This document shows, one piece after another, positions 37,949 to 50,240 of a DNA stretch of 64,000 nt. Source of the DNA: Neoechinorhynchus agilis. Taxonomy: Eukaryota > Animalia > Acanthocephala. The notes under the pieces were generated by a model, which saw nothing but the letters and a program-made list of their open reading frames with translations, was not told the origin of the DNA and made no database searches. Both the position numbers and the translations under genes were made by a program. The stretch is taken from NCBI GenBank assembly GCA_051530055.1, contig CM121343.1, forward strand, positions 900,389-964,388, written 5' to 3'. How positions within the stretch are numbered: the stretch's first letter is position 1; every line of letters begins with the position of its first letter.

Positions 37949-38012
37949 CTCAGATACCTCCCGAGGAAACGGGACTCATCAGTGAGTGCCCTTCAGCGGG
38001 GTATTTCATCCC
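37949..38012 (-). ncRNA. Hammerhead-like motif in non-standard strand order, copy 2
   Basis: Minus strand: GGGAU-GAAA-UACC-[13 nt]-CUCA-CUGAUGA-GUCCC-[12 nt]-GGUAUC-UGAG. Stems II (5 bp), III (5 bp) and I (4 bp) can all form around an intact core with an AUC triplet. Confidence 0.5.
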
Positions 38013-38149
38013 CTTTGGTTGTTAATCAACGGCGAATATGGATTTTAAAGGGCTCAAATCCACTAGGCCACCTTAAATCAGGCCGGTCAAAAGGTTCGAA
38101 ACCCTCATCGCCAATGGCACATAAACAAAGGAGACGAAATTCCGCTGAA

Positions 38150-38285
38150 GATCTGGAGGGATGTACAAACTCATTACTGTGTTATCTCAGATCATCGCTT
38201 CCCTGACCCAGATTTGTGGATTTTGTGTGCAAGGAGAATAATAAGCCGCGGAAAGGTCTTCACTTCAACACTGAATAAAAAGTAA
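38150..38285 (+). repeat. Unidentified dispersed repeat with residual coding similarity to 55845-55990
   Basis: LKIWRDV...ISDHRFPDPDLW...RRIISR....TSTLN versus LGIWRNV...IAEHRFSDPDRW...RKIIGR....TSTLN. Confidence 0.6.
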
Positions 38286-38442
38286 TCGTATAAAACCATA
38301 CATGAGAATAGAAAACTATTCTTGTGATCATTTGTACAAAAAAGAGTTTTAATCGATAAAAATCTGAGTTTAGATACATAACAAGTTGTTTATTTTCACC
38401 GGAACAAGTCGATCATTTGATCGAGTGTAAAATGTACAAAAT

Positions 38443-39473
38443 TTACAATTGTAGTATAAACACCAACATAAAGCAAGCGGCTGTGTAGGTTAATGGGTTG
38501 AAAATTGTAGAAGACGGACTTTTCAAAGCACGATTTTTTCGAATTCCTTTTCTTTTCGAATATATTTTGTGCGATCGGTGATAGCCATTGATTTCCTTTT
38601 TCTCTGGCTTTTGCAAAGAAACAATCCTTTTTTGCTTTGGTCTTCTTATTTGTAGTCCACCTGAGACGTCCGAGTGGATTGTGTCGATCGTGATGGTTCT
38701 AATGTCCTTGACAAATAGTCCATTATCTACAACACAGGTCACATTTTGAATACCATTACGTTTCATTTCTCTGATAATTATTACTGGACCTTCGATAGTT
38801 TCATCTAAATGTGTAACAATCAATAAGCCATTGGTACTCGAAATAGTCATATAAATGCCATTAATTGCATGCAAACACATGCGAGCATATAAAAAATAGC
38901 TTACATGAAGATCCATTTGATAAATATGTCATTAAAACAATTGACGGCATCGGATCACCTGTGGCTTCACACAAAATGATTACATCGTCGCTGTCGTATA
39001 TTTCGTCCAGAGGAAAAACTGTTAAATTTGTTATTCGAGGGGGCACTAAATTTTTGAGAAAAAACCCATTAATTTGTCAGACTTGTTTCAAAAACTGTAC
39101 CTTGAACAGTGACGTTGTATACTTGTACCAGTTTGGAATTAACGCGACATTCGTAGAGTCCTGAGTCTCTATTTGGTAAGGCATCTCTGACTACCAATTT
39201 CCAAAACAAATCATAATCCTGTTCTATGGAATGCTTTTTCTCCAAAATCGGTGCAAAGTTGCTGACTTTAACATTGCGAGGTGTAATAAACTGCACTTTA
39301 TCGTTGAAAGAATAAGCTTCACACAAGAGTTCGATATTTTGTCCAGTACGAGCAACAACGGTTTCATTTGGACGTCGTGATGGAATTGCTGTCATTGTCG
39401 TTATGGCCAGGAGGAAAAGGTTGGCTGCTATTGAGCTGAAAGTTCGATGATACTCAGTTGTATTGATCTTCAT
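38443..39473 (-). CDS. Two-Ig-domain, probably GPI-anchored cell-surface protein (IgLON/lachesin/DIP-like), 3 exons
   Basis: Signal-like N-terminus; Ig1 GQNIELLCEA...DSGLYECRVN; Ig2 VPPRI...VIILCEATGDPMPSI...VTCVVDNG; hydrophobic C-terminal tail LTYTAACFMLVFILQL. Two phase-1 GT-AG introns. Confidence 0.78.
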
Positions 39474-42400
39474 TCATTTACGGGAATAAGTAGCGTTTTA
39501 AACCAAAATGTGCCTTATATTGCACATGTAATGTTCCGTCTGAAAACAATTCAACTACGATCTCTAATAGAACGCAAATAGGGACTCACACAAGCACAAT
39601 GTTTGAATGTGAAACGTGGGAAGGGTGATAAATCTATTTTTAGTCAAGGATACCTTCGTTGATTCGCACAACGACTACAGTCGAATAGTAGTGGTAGCTC
39701 TAGTTTATGGTGCAGAAGTGCTGATAATGCATTAAAGGCCAATGTGTGAGTTCTAGCACAGCAAACTCTCAGACCGTATCAGAGAATCGAAGAGTGACAT
39801 AGCTGATTATACCAACAACCTTAATGCGCTGTGATTTTTTTAGAGTTTATTCATCTACAATTCCGCGAAAAAACGAATCTAATTGGCTCCTTTGATCTTT
39901 TCCACACTCTAGCCAATAGGAACGTGACCTTGGTCACGTGAATGTAACGGCCTACAAATAATTTATACCTGTTTATAGCGTAAAAATTAAAAGAATTTCC
40001 TCGATATTTCAAAACAATCGGATTTAATAAATTCTTTTAATTTTACATGTCCATAAATGAATAGTTCAAACAAATAATTTTTATAATTTTTTTAAAAGAA
40101 TTTCAATACCATTAATCACCGATGCACAGACGAATGGCCGCGAGCTCCTCTTTAATTGTCTCATCACTCATCGTGTGCATCCTGGCAGAACTCGTCCATC
40201 ATCTCGAGTATGAGATAGGGGCACGTATGGTTGGTAGAGCCGTATTTCAGGACTTCAGCTATGCTCGCCTATGTAAACATGGAACGCATTCGGATAACAC
40301 CGGCGCTTTGATTAGGACATGATCCCTCTAGATTAAGCGGTAACCTTCAATCAAAGATCGTAAAACAAAATCCGTATTCAGGGTCATAGGCAATACGTGG
40401 CATTGAGTTGGCTTTTACAACAGAACAATGGAAAAATTAAACCATTTTATGATCTAGCTCGTAAAGCTGAATCAATTTTTAGGATCGTATAACTATGAAA
40501 AAAGATTTGAACCACACCTTTTAGTTATTTGATCCATATCTCTTAATTAAAATAACCAATACAAATTTATGTTGCGACACCATTGACAGTGAACGTTTAG
40601 TTGTTATTGTTAGTTACATCAACAATGATGAAAGCAACCTTGCCGAAAAAGAAAATATCAATCATTGAATACAATGGAAAATCAGAATTGTTTGATGTAA
40701 AACAAACACATACCTCTTTAATTGGCGTGAGTGATTGGATCATAATTGAATGCTAAAAGAAAACGTTAAGAGTCCATGGTAAAAATGGTCATTCTGAACT
40801 ACACTCACCTCTCGAGTGCATTTAATGTAAAAGCACAGTGTCCAGACTGATGGTGGCTATATGTTGCTTGGATTTACCAGCCACTGACCAAATATTTGCT
40901 CTTTCTGCTAGTATTCCATCTTACGGCCAGCGTTTCCGTGACAGTTCCGGCAACACCAACCACTACTAGCAAGGGCAGCGCAAGCGATGTCAAGTTTAAA
41001 AAATCAGCGATCAATCACAAATGGTGCAGGCACTACACAGACTGTGTCGTTCACCATGACGATGATGATGATGGTGGTGGTGGTGGAATCGGATTCATGC
41101 AATCGATTGCCTTGGATACGGCTTGAAGTAGTTGCAATTTCCCTCGCTTGGGTTGTGCTTAGACACCAAAGTGCATATTTTCCTCCGGCGGGAAATGCTG
41201 CAATGCGTTTGGCAAAAAGAGCTTCACTCCAAGTTATTATCAAGTTTTCATCTGCATACGCGTGTCTGAGCCAATAAAAATATGTATATGGAATACCTTA
41301 GTTGCCAAGAAAACCTTAGGAAGTAGGAAAGTGCTTATTTCTGTATGGTAGGCGGTTTGGAGAAAGATAGGAACGGAAGCGGCAAAAATTGAGTTGTCGA
41401 AGCTCCAACACAGAGTTTCGTCTGTATATTGTTGTGTTAAAAGTCGAATTGACTAAATTAGTGGAGACGAGTCCTTTCGGGATAACTTTCAGGAAGATGG
41501 GAACATAAGTGATGGTAACGTACAGATATTGAGTTTCGTCAGCATCCAGACGCAGGTAATTGACCACATATTCTCTAGCTACGCATGATTTATGAGTATA
41601 AAATGCCAATCTTGCCTCAGATGAATACACTATCTTACCTTTGGATTTCATATACATGACAAGTATTCATGTGATTGTGGGTAGAACGATTTGATGTATC
41701 TTTATGGTGCCAATACATCAACAATTACCTTAAGACATCTCAGTCGATATGGTGGGAATCGATGCTGAACACGCGTTGAACGAGAGTCCGGGATTATGTT
41801 ACTCTGACACAAAACACATTATACCCAACGCTTCGGATATCATCCGCCTAAGGCGCAAAAATAGTAGCCAACAATTGAGAAACCAAAATTGACTAGTGTC
41901 ATGACAATCATTAAACATCATTTACAAGAGACTGTCTCTCGTCCATTCTATTGTTATGTAGGGTGCTGCTATACAACCACAATACCATCATCGAGTTGAC
42001 GAGACCAAAGTTTTTGACAATAAAATATCCGGCTTTAATTATCGGTGCATAAATGCAGTAAATTTTGCGTCATTACTGTTGGATATCTATCCGTCGATCT
42101 TTAATCTGGGACAGTCGTCATTCACGGTATTAAGTTATTTAAGACTGGGGAGTGGGATTCATGAAAAATGAATGCGTGCGCCGATATTTGTCACATTCTT
42201 AATTGCTCAATGAAACGACCTAAATCTTATCCAAGACTGGGATGAGTCACCAACTCCAGTCAGACAACGTCGCGTCTAGTTTTAGGCTAAATTTAATCAA
42301 CTTTATTATTACCTTTTAGAAATGAATGAGACCTTAACAAGCAATATTCATGGACCATTTGCATCGCATGGATGAATAAAGTGTTGGCTAATAAGGGAAG

Positions 42401-42869
42401 GTTGAGCGGAACGAAAACTTGCTGGGCATTTAGGAAATTGCGGTTGTATGCGATCAGTCTAGTGTCTGCCGACCAGATTTGATCGTCGGAAACAGAAAAT
42501 GTGATTGGACACCATGTCTACTCGTAAGTAAACGCATAGTAACTAGTCTTTTCACATTAAAATTACGTTTTTAATGTTGGAAAATTTAAGATCTTTTTCT
42601 TGGCAGCGAAATGTACTGATAATCGAATCAAAGATCAGTATTATCCATTTTTTGCATTTACCACCTTTCCTAGTGACTATATCTGCCGACAGTATGTTTT
42701 CCACTATTCGCTATATTTACTCCTGTTATGTAAGTGATTAAATAATTCATGATCTGATCATACGCTTCGACCGAGCTGCATCGCTGGTAGATCTGTAACA
42801 AGTTATAATTTCGCTTTTATTTTTGGAAAAGAATTATTAAAACTATAAATAAGATAGTTCTCTTGATAA

Positions 42870-43765
42870 GGCATCATCCGTCTTTACAGTTATGAAGCCT
42901 TTCGGTCGTTATCGAGCATTCATTGGAGTATCTCGAGCAAAACGAATCCCAATGCCGCTTCCTAAGCTCTTAACCAGCTACCGATTATACATCATCCGCC
43001 TTTGCATTTATGAAGCCCCCGCCCTTTTCGAGCATTCATTTGAATATCTCGAGCAAAACGAATCCGAATGCCGCTTCCTAAGCTCCTAACCAGCTCCCGA
43101 TTATACATCATCAACCTTTACGGCAATCAAGCCTCCTCGCCCTTCTCGAAGATTCATTTGAGTATCTCGAACAAAACGAATCCGAATGCGGCTTCCTAAG
43201 CTCTTAACCAGCTACCAATTATACATCATCCGCTTTTACAGTTATGAAGCCTCCTCGCCCTTCTCGAAGATTCATTTGAATATCTCGAACAAAACGAATC
43301 CGAATGCGGCTTCCTAAGCTCTTAAACAGCTACCGACTATAAATCATCCGCCTTTACAGTTATGAAGTCTCCTCGCAATGTTCGAGCAATCATTTGAGTA
43401 TCTCGAACAAAACGAATCCGAATGCGGCTTCCTAAGCTCTTAACCAGCTCCCGATTAGACATCATCCGTCTTTACGGTTATGAAGCCTCCTCGCAATGTT
43501 CGAGCAATCATTTGTGTATCTCGAACAAAACGAATCCGAGTGCGGCTTCCTAAGCTCTTAACCAGCTCCCGATTAGACATCATCCGTCTTTACGGTTATG
43601 AAGCCTCCTCGCAATGTTCGAGCAATCATTTGTGTATCTCGAACAAAACGAATCCGAGTGCGGCTTCCTAAGCTCTTAACCAGCTCCCGATTAGACATCA
43701 TCCGTCTTTACGGTTATAGTCTCCACGTCTTTTTCGAGCATTCATTTGAATATCTCGAGCCGTAG
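42870..43765. repeat. Tandem array of ~7.5 copies of a 118-bp unit
   Basis: The ATGAAGCC motif recurs at 42892, 43010, 43126, 43244, 43362, 43480, 43598 and 43716 (period 118, one unit 116). The last units are identical. Confidence 0.95.
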
Positions 43766-45018
43766 GAATCCGATTGTGGCCCGGTAGGCATCGAAATTCA
43801 GGATAGGGTTTCTGCATCTATATTTATTCGTAGTAAAATGCTTCCCTAGAACGAGCGTATCAAAATCGGTGACCTCTCAATAAATTTATGTTCACTAGCT
43901 GCGTTTTAGAAGATCAATTATTTTCACACGTAAAATCGAGAATGCCAATGACCGAAACACCGATCCTGTTCTCCTTTTCGAACTGCCATGCTGATCGTCG
44001 GATAAAAGGTTAACTCGTTGCGTGGTTTATTGGTCGTTTACTGGAGTGCAACTGATTTAAAAGTATGAAGATTGCCAGTGGAAATTCTTCGGATATTTTA
44101 ATTGCTTCTTGAATTCAAATATGTTGCCACACCCCAACACTTCGTTCGATGTCCGTGATTTTAAGTCATACAGAATCCTTCCAAAGGTTTCCTGTAGCCG
44201 AGGACCCTATATAGTCCTCTGTCGCATTTAAGCTTTATTGCCCGGATGAGCGATATGTTGGCTCGTAAACGAGACTGAGAAGCGTGGATGGACCTTCACG
44301 GTTGCAAATGAGTGCTTGCCAATGAAAGATCCTCTAGATACCAGCGAGATGCTTTAAACTCTTCAGTTAGAATCAAGAAATGCTAAAAGGAGATACTTGC
44401 CCCTGCTGCGGTGATCGACGGCTCTCGATCGAGATTTATCTGAATTGAAAATTGTAATATGGATCCACACAAACAAACAAAAAGAACATAAAAAGTTATC
44501 CAATACTGAAATATAAGAGAAAAATGCTTATCCCTTAACGTTTGTCTTATTATTTAATTTCTTTGAACTACACGATGCCGAAATTAGAAAAAATAAAACG
44601 AATTATTGATTTCAATGTTGTTTTGCATTTTTAGGACGTGTTGTGATTTCCGCAATTAACTAAAAAAGTCACAGTTTAGATTTTTTATTAAGTAACAGCG
44701 ATTCGTGAGATTTGAATTGACCATTGAAAATCAAGACATGGGTCAAATTGGTTCCAATGATGTGGACGGCACGAACCTCAGGACGAGATTTAGAAATGCA
44801 ATCGTTTTGTTATGACGGAAAATTTAAATAATTTATTGAGTCCGATATTTCGGAAAGCTCGTTTTCAAATCTCTACTTTGAATCAGCTATTTAAATTTTC
44901 GACAAAAAAAGCAGAAATGCAAAAATAGGAACCGATTTTGTCAGGTGATCTTCCCTTATAAAAAATTCTGACGTGCATTTGATCGCAGGTTCTCAAGATC
45001 AAATCGAGGGTTCCTTAG

Positions 45019-46432
45019 ATGTTGCAGGACGATCTTTTGGCAGTCAAAAATCAATTTGATGATTTTAAGGTCAGAATTCGCGAAAATGGTCGTAAAAGAC
45101 GGAGTTTTCTTAAAAGTAAGAGTTTAAAAGCTTTATTTCAATGCGAAATGAAACATAGGTACGTTTGGTAGTAGACCGGTTAGACTATTCTTTAAAAATC
45201 GGCAATCATCTCACATTCCGCACTTGGTTGGTTAAGCGATCAGCCATCTATACGATTTATCGGTATGTTAACTTTTTGATGATCAAACTAAACCTTCAAA
45301 AGTCTAATAATTTGATGAGTAAGTCAAGGAAGTCGATAAACAAAAGAAATAGTACCGAGTTGCAAATAGTGAAGATTTTGACAACTCCTTCCGCTAAGCA
45401 ACTTTTGGCGCTAAAGAAGTCCAAGACAAGCGGTATTTGAATTGATTAATCGATTGAATTATTCGTCTCTCTCTTCCACTTATAGATCAGATCCATGAAT
45501 TTTGCAGGAACCAAACTCGAGAAGAGTGTACCAATGACTGTCCAAAGATTCACTTTCATCGGATCGTTAATCCCAACACCGATACAAGTCTCGGACACTG
45601 TTCCTTTCTGAATACCTGCTTCCACGTAGCATCGTGTAAATACGTTCATTATCAGATTGAAGATTTACCCATGCGGCGGAAAAAGAAACCCGTGGCAGGA
45701 ATTCCACCCCAATGGATACAATGTGACATTCGCAAATTCGATCTTAGTTGCCTTGGCAAGTTCTCAATTATCATGGCTGATCCTCCCTGGGACATTCATA
45801 TGGAACTGCCCTATGGAACAATGGCCGACGATGAAATGTGGGCATTGAATATTCCGAGCTTGCAAGATGAAGGATATATCTTTCTTTGGGTCACTGGTCG
45901 AGCAATGGAACGTGGACGAGAATGTTTAAAGATATGGGGATATACACGAGTCGATGAAATTGCATGGGTCAAGATTAACCAGCTCCCGAGAATTATAAGG
46001 ACTGGACGGACTGGTCATTGGCTGAACCACGGAAAAGAACATTGTCTAGTTGCAGTCAAAGGGAATTTGGCGACTTCGAAATTCGACGAGTTCTACCCCG
46101 GAATCGACTGTGATGTCATTGTTAGCGAAGTCCGGGCTACCAGCAGGAAGCCAGATGAAATATACGGAATCATAGAAAGATTATCCCCCGGAACACGTAA
46201 AATTGAACTTTTCGGACGACCCCATAATGTACATTACGATTGGATTACGCTAGGCAATCAACTTGATGGAATCCATTTAGTTGACAAAAAAGCCATAAAG
46301 GGATTCAGAAAAAGGTACAAAGACGTCAGTGTTGTAACCGAAGCTATTGCATCTGTGCCAGAAAATGCTTTTGACTGTTATACGGATAATGAAGCTGTGG
46401 ATTTCAAAAGCAAGGAAATCTCACATTCGTAA
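45019..46432 (+). CDS. METTL3: mRNA m6A methyltransferase catalytic subunit
   Basis: Zn-finger region QIHEFC..TREEC..C.KIHF..I...TD.SLGHCSFLNTCFH...CKYVHY, then IMADPPWDIHMELPYGTM.DDEM, FLWVTGRAME.GRECL, IIRTGRTGHWLNHGKEHCLV, KIELFGRPHN. Intron 45433-45485 is GT-AG. The 5' exons are tentative. Confidence 0.95.
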
Positions 46433-47097
46433 ACAGAAAGTTCTGAACGTTCACATTTTAATTATTGCGTGTCGAACAAAAAATACAGGTTTCTTTTATT
46501 ACATAAAAAGTCGCAAATATTTTAAATTTTAGAGGACGCGTGTCAAAATTTAGCTTTAAAAAAACACAAAAACCCAACGAGGTTCCCGTACTTTTTCCGC
46601 CGTTCCCGTGGGGTGATAGTGGAGATCGAAATCTATCAAGCATTGTAATATTCGCGTCGCCTCATTTACAAAGCGAATTCGCGTTTAGTTTGCTTTCTAG
46701 TAAAAAACTAAATTAATGCGGAGATTATTTTAATTCGTTTCGAAAGGCACGAGGTATTTCATTTTTTAAAATCCGATTTTTGACTTTAATATCATTCGTC
46801 AAAAAGAACTGTTCTTTAGTATTGGTATATTATTTATTTTAAATTTATTGGGAGGCCTCTAGATAGCCACCAATTCTACACAGACAACAAGCGATCAATG
46901 GTTTAATAATTCTTAGGTATTCGTTCACCGATAATATCCCGCCTTCTACTAATTCCAACGAAATTTCAACGCCTGGTGGAAACTGTTTTTGCCGATTCGG
47001 GCCAACAGCGACTAAACTATCTGCATTTTCTGGAATCCGTGATTTGTCTTATGCCTGGTTTTTCTCTCGCCGGGAAGTTCCAATGTCTTGAGGTTTA

Positions 47098-47702
47098 ATA
47101 AGAGCCTGGCATGTCTTCGTACGTCGTTAAGAACGTATTAAATCGATGTCAAATCGAAGATGAAAATATCATTAAATTTAATCAAATCGAAAACTGCAGA
47201 TAGATAAATAATCACATAACCACTATTTGCGATGGCAACCGAACAATGCCGAGAATATTTCTCAATGGAAAATGTATAGCCGGGTGATTGGATCTTAATA
47301 AAATGAACACAAATGGTAAATTGATTTCGATGTTACGCAAAACCAAGAAATCGCAAGCAAACACAAACTTGCTATGAAGTCGGAATGTTAAATCGTATTT
47401 TCAAAACAATTGGTCAAGAATCTTATTAATAATACCAAAGTAGTTGTTTTTAACAAGAAGTATTGCCCGTTTTGGATTCAAGGCAAAAATGTTCTTTGTC
47501 TTTGCTACATTTTAAGATATTAAGACGGTTGAAATAGAAGGTACGCCGCAATGCAAAATAATTCAAGAATATTTTGGGACGAAGTGTAATGGAGATTCAA
47601 AAGTTCTTCGCATTTTTGCCAAAAAGAAATTCATCGGGGGGATTATCGAAAATGGAAGAATTTCATAAATCCGAGAAATTAAAGAAGATGCATAAACTTT
47701 AA
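47098..47702 (+). pseudogene. Two-domain glutaredoxin pseudogene, copy B
   Basis: ...KNVLNRCQI...R*INNH..ICDGNRTMPRIFLNGKCIAG*LDL; then VVVFNKKYCPFW..GKNVL..VEIEG.PQCKIIQEYF..IFAKKKFIGG. Contains stops and frameshifts. Confidence 0.72.
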
Positions 47703-49639
47703 CTTACAAGCAGATGCCGCTTCCACCACCACCGACGACGACACGGTAAGAGGGAAACTTGCCCGCCCAAAATGAGCCAAGTGAAAAGACCGAGGAAACG
47801 CCCAACGCTATCGGGACACCAAGCCGAAATTCTGTTCCTCAAATCACTCACGCAGACACCTTGAACACGCCACTTATCGATCGCGCTCGACCTGCGAAGA
47901 CCAACGCTACCGGGCTCTCACGCGTCTCTACTGGTGTGTATTCGATTGTCGGCAAGTCTTTTAAATTGACCAATTTGGGGTTTTTGTTTGCCCATGGTCC
48001 CCGGGATCTCCGCTGTAGCAGGTCTGGTTCTCCACCACAATCAACCGATCTATTTATGCCTGGGACCTCTCAGATCACCACTGACTCTATTTCGACACCA
48101 GATATCGTGCGTGTTCTGCCCAGGAACGTCCTGAAACGGATCCCAAAGGGCGCACGACATCAAGTCGCCATAGCATTTGCGGGATTGCGCAACCATTGCC
48201 TCCAAAAGAACTGTACGCCATCATGGGCACGGCTCTTCGCATTCCCGCGCTTAGTCCTTTGAACCAGTGATGATTCTGGGGTGTCTTTGACATCAACAAT
48301 CAAAGAAAGGGTGGTCTCCTTCGAACAAATATTTAACAATTTCGAAATGAAATTTCGCGAGGTTCGTAATGGACGTACGAAGGGAGGGTTTTGTTGCCGT
48401 TTTTCAAAGCGATCACTGACTGAACGTGTTTCTTCCAAGCTAGCGGACGGAGATGTTCGCGGGGCCGTTCGGTTATTGTTATCCTCCGACAGTTTCGCAA
48501 AAGGAGACAGCGAGACGCTACAAATACTCCGGTCAAAACACCCATGCAGTAGTGACAGTTTTGAAATTATACCTCCTCCCATACGAAATAGGGCACCCAC
48601 TCAAATTTTAGAGTTAAAAAATGCCATCTCATCTTTTGCAAGTGGTTCGGGTCATGGGCTTGACGCGCTAAGGCCTTAGCACCTAAAGGACATAATGTCC
48701 TTTACAATTGGTGAAGCAGCTCTCTCTAGAAAGTGCGCTTTCTCGGTTAGCCGAGCGACTGACTGGAGGGGAACGGAATCCCGTTGCAAAAGACCTATTT
48801 TTCGAAGCATTATGTGCCCTCACAAAAAAAGGCAGGATTCGTCCAATCGCCGTATCTTCGACGATACGGCGACTTGCAAGGAAAATTCTCTGTAAACGTA
48901 TCACAGAGAAAACCGGGCAGAAACTTCGCCCAGTCTAACTGGGCTGCTGCACATCCTGCGGGGCGGAAGTGCGTGATTCTTAAGTGTGATTTTCAGAACG
49001 CCTTTAACTCTCTCAATGGAGAAAGCATGTTCCGCGCAATTCGGGATCACGGGCCAGAAGCCTTCCAGTATTTTCTCAATGCCTACGGGACCGCGACTTC
49101 TTTGCTTTTCGAAAACCACCTCAATTGGTCCGAAAGAGGAGCGCAGAAAGGAGATCCTCTCGGTCCAATCGCATTCTCCCTAACAGTAAATCCAATAGCG
49201 CACTCTCTCCATTCCAGCTTCAACGCTTGGTACTTGGATGACGCTACGCTCGAAGGTGATAGCTCCGTTCTACTGCGCGATCTGGAGACACTAATTATGG
49301 AGACTACGAGATTGGGCGTTGAGCTTAATGCTGGAAAGTGTGAGTTTTCTAGTATTAAATATCGAAGACGCCGCCAAAGTCAAGGAGCTAATGTATGGGT
49401 TCGAGGTCCATAACTCGTGATTCCAGAGCAAAGTTGCGTCTTTGATTCACATGTGGAAGCTGAGATCGGCCGTATCATACCGAAACTTTCGTTGCTGTGC
49501 GATAGGGTGAGCGGCCCTAGGCTCACGAAGCGTTATTTCTAATAAAGAACGCATTATTTATTCCCAAATTGTTATATAATGTCCGCACAGCAACATTCTT
49601 CAAACATAAGGAAGGATTGGCTAAGCTCGACGACACGGC

Positions 49640-49860
49640 AAGGGCTTGTCCTTAGAGTTTGAAGGATAAGACAAAGTTCTATACAGATATGGATTCGATT
49701 TCGAATGCAGAATTGACGTTTGGACCGGATTAAGAGAGCGAGTGTTGCTGCTAGAAGTACAAGAGAGATTATGTAACCGACGAGTTCAATAGGAATGAGA
49801 GCAGTTAGAAAATAGTGAACCTGGATCGCTTTTCCCAAAAAGAGCTTAGATTCCTTCAAA
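49640..49860 (-). pseudogene. Captured fragment of a class B (secretin-family) GPCR, TM1-ICL1-TM2
   Basis: IELVGYIISLVLLAATLALLIRSKRQFCIRNRIHICIELCLIL fits the class B pattern GY.iSL..L......f....r.l.C.RN.IH..L...fil. Confidence 0.6.
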
Positions 49861-50119
49861 TGAATTTGAGTAAAGGGAGAAATATGAAATAGCGATAGAG
49901 AAACACTCCATCTTCAAATGGCGTATCCTTAGGTCCTGTGATCACTGCTTCCCATTCAAAATAATTGTCTGACGTGACCAAAAGTGGACATTATAGAAGA
50001 CGAAAAACGCCCCCACCACCCATTACATCGTCTTCTCTAAAAGATCTCCTCGTCGCATAATTCGCTTTTCTACCACAAATATCTATAAAGGTGTTACTAC
50101 AATTCACATTTTTGCATAG

Positions 50120-50240
50120 ATGTCAATAAAGCAACCTGGGCCAAAAGACGAAGACAATTATTTTGAATGGGAAGCAGTGATCACAGGACCCAAGGATACG
50201 CCATTTGAAGATGGAGTGTTCTTTGCAAGTCTTAAATTCA
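50120..50240 (+). pseudogene. UBE2G2: Captured exon of a Ubc7/UBE2G2-type E2 enzyme; inverted partial copy at 49902-49970
   Basis: PGPKDEDNYFEWEAVITGPKDTPFEDGVFFASLKF (cf. AGPMNEENFFEWEALIMGPEDTCFEFGVF). Flanked by ttttgcatag and gtaag. Confidence 0.7.

Noticed and set aside
40600-42550. Possible minus-strand multi-exon gene (weak Ig-like SCVARE...VTITYVP segment)
   Set aside because: No consistent exon chain or convincing domain could be built by eye.
42870-43765. 118-bp array as a CRISPR array or coding repeat
   Set aside because: Whole units repeat with no unique spacers, the context is eukaryotic with no cas genes, and the period is not a multiple of 3.
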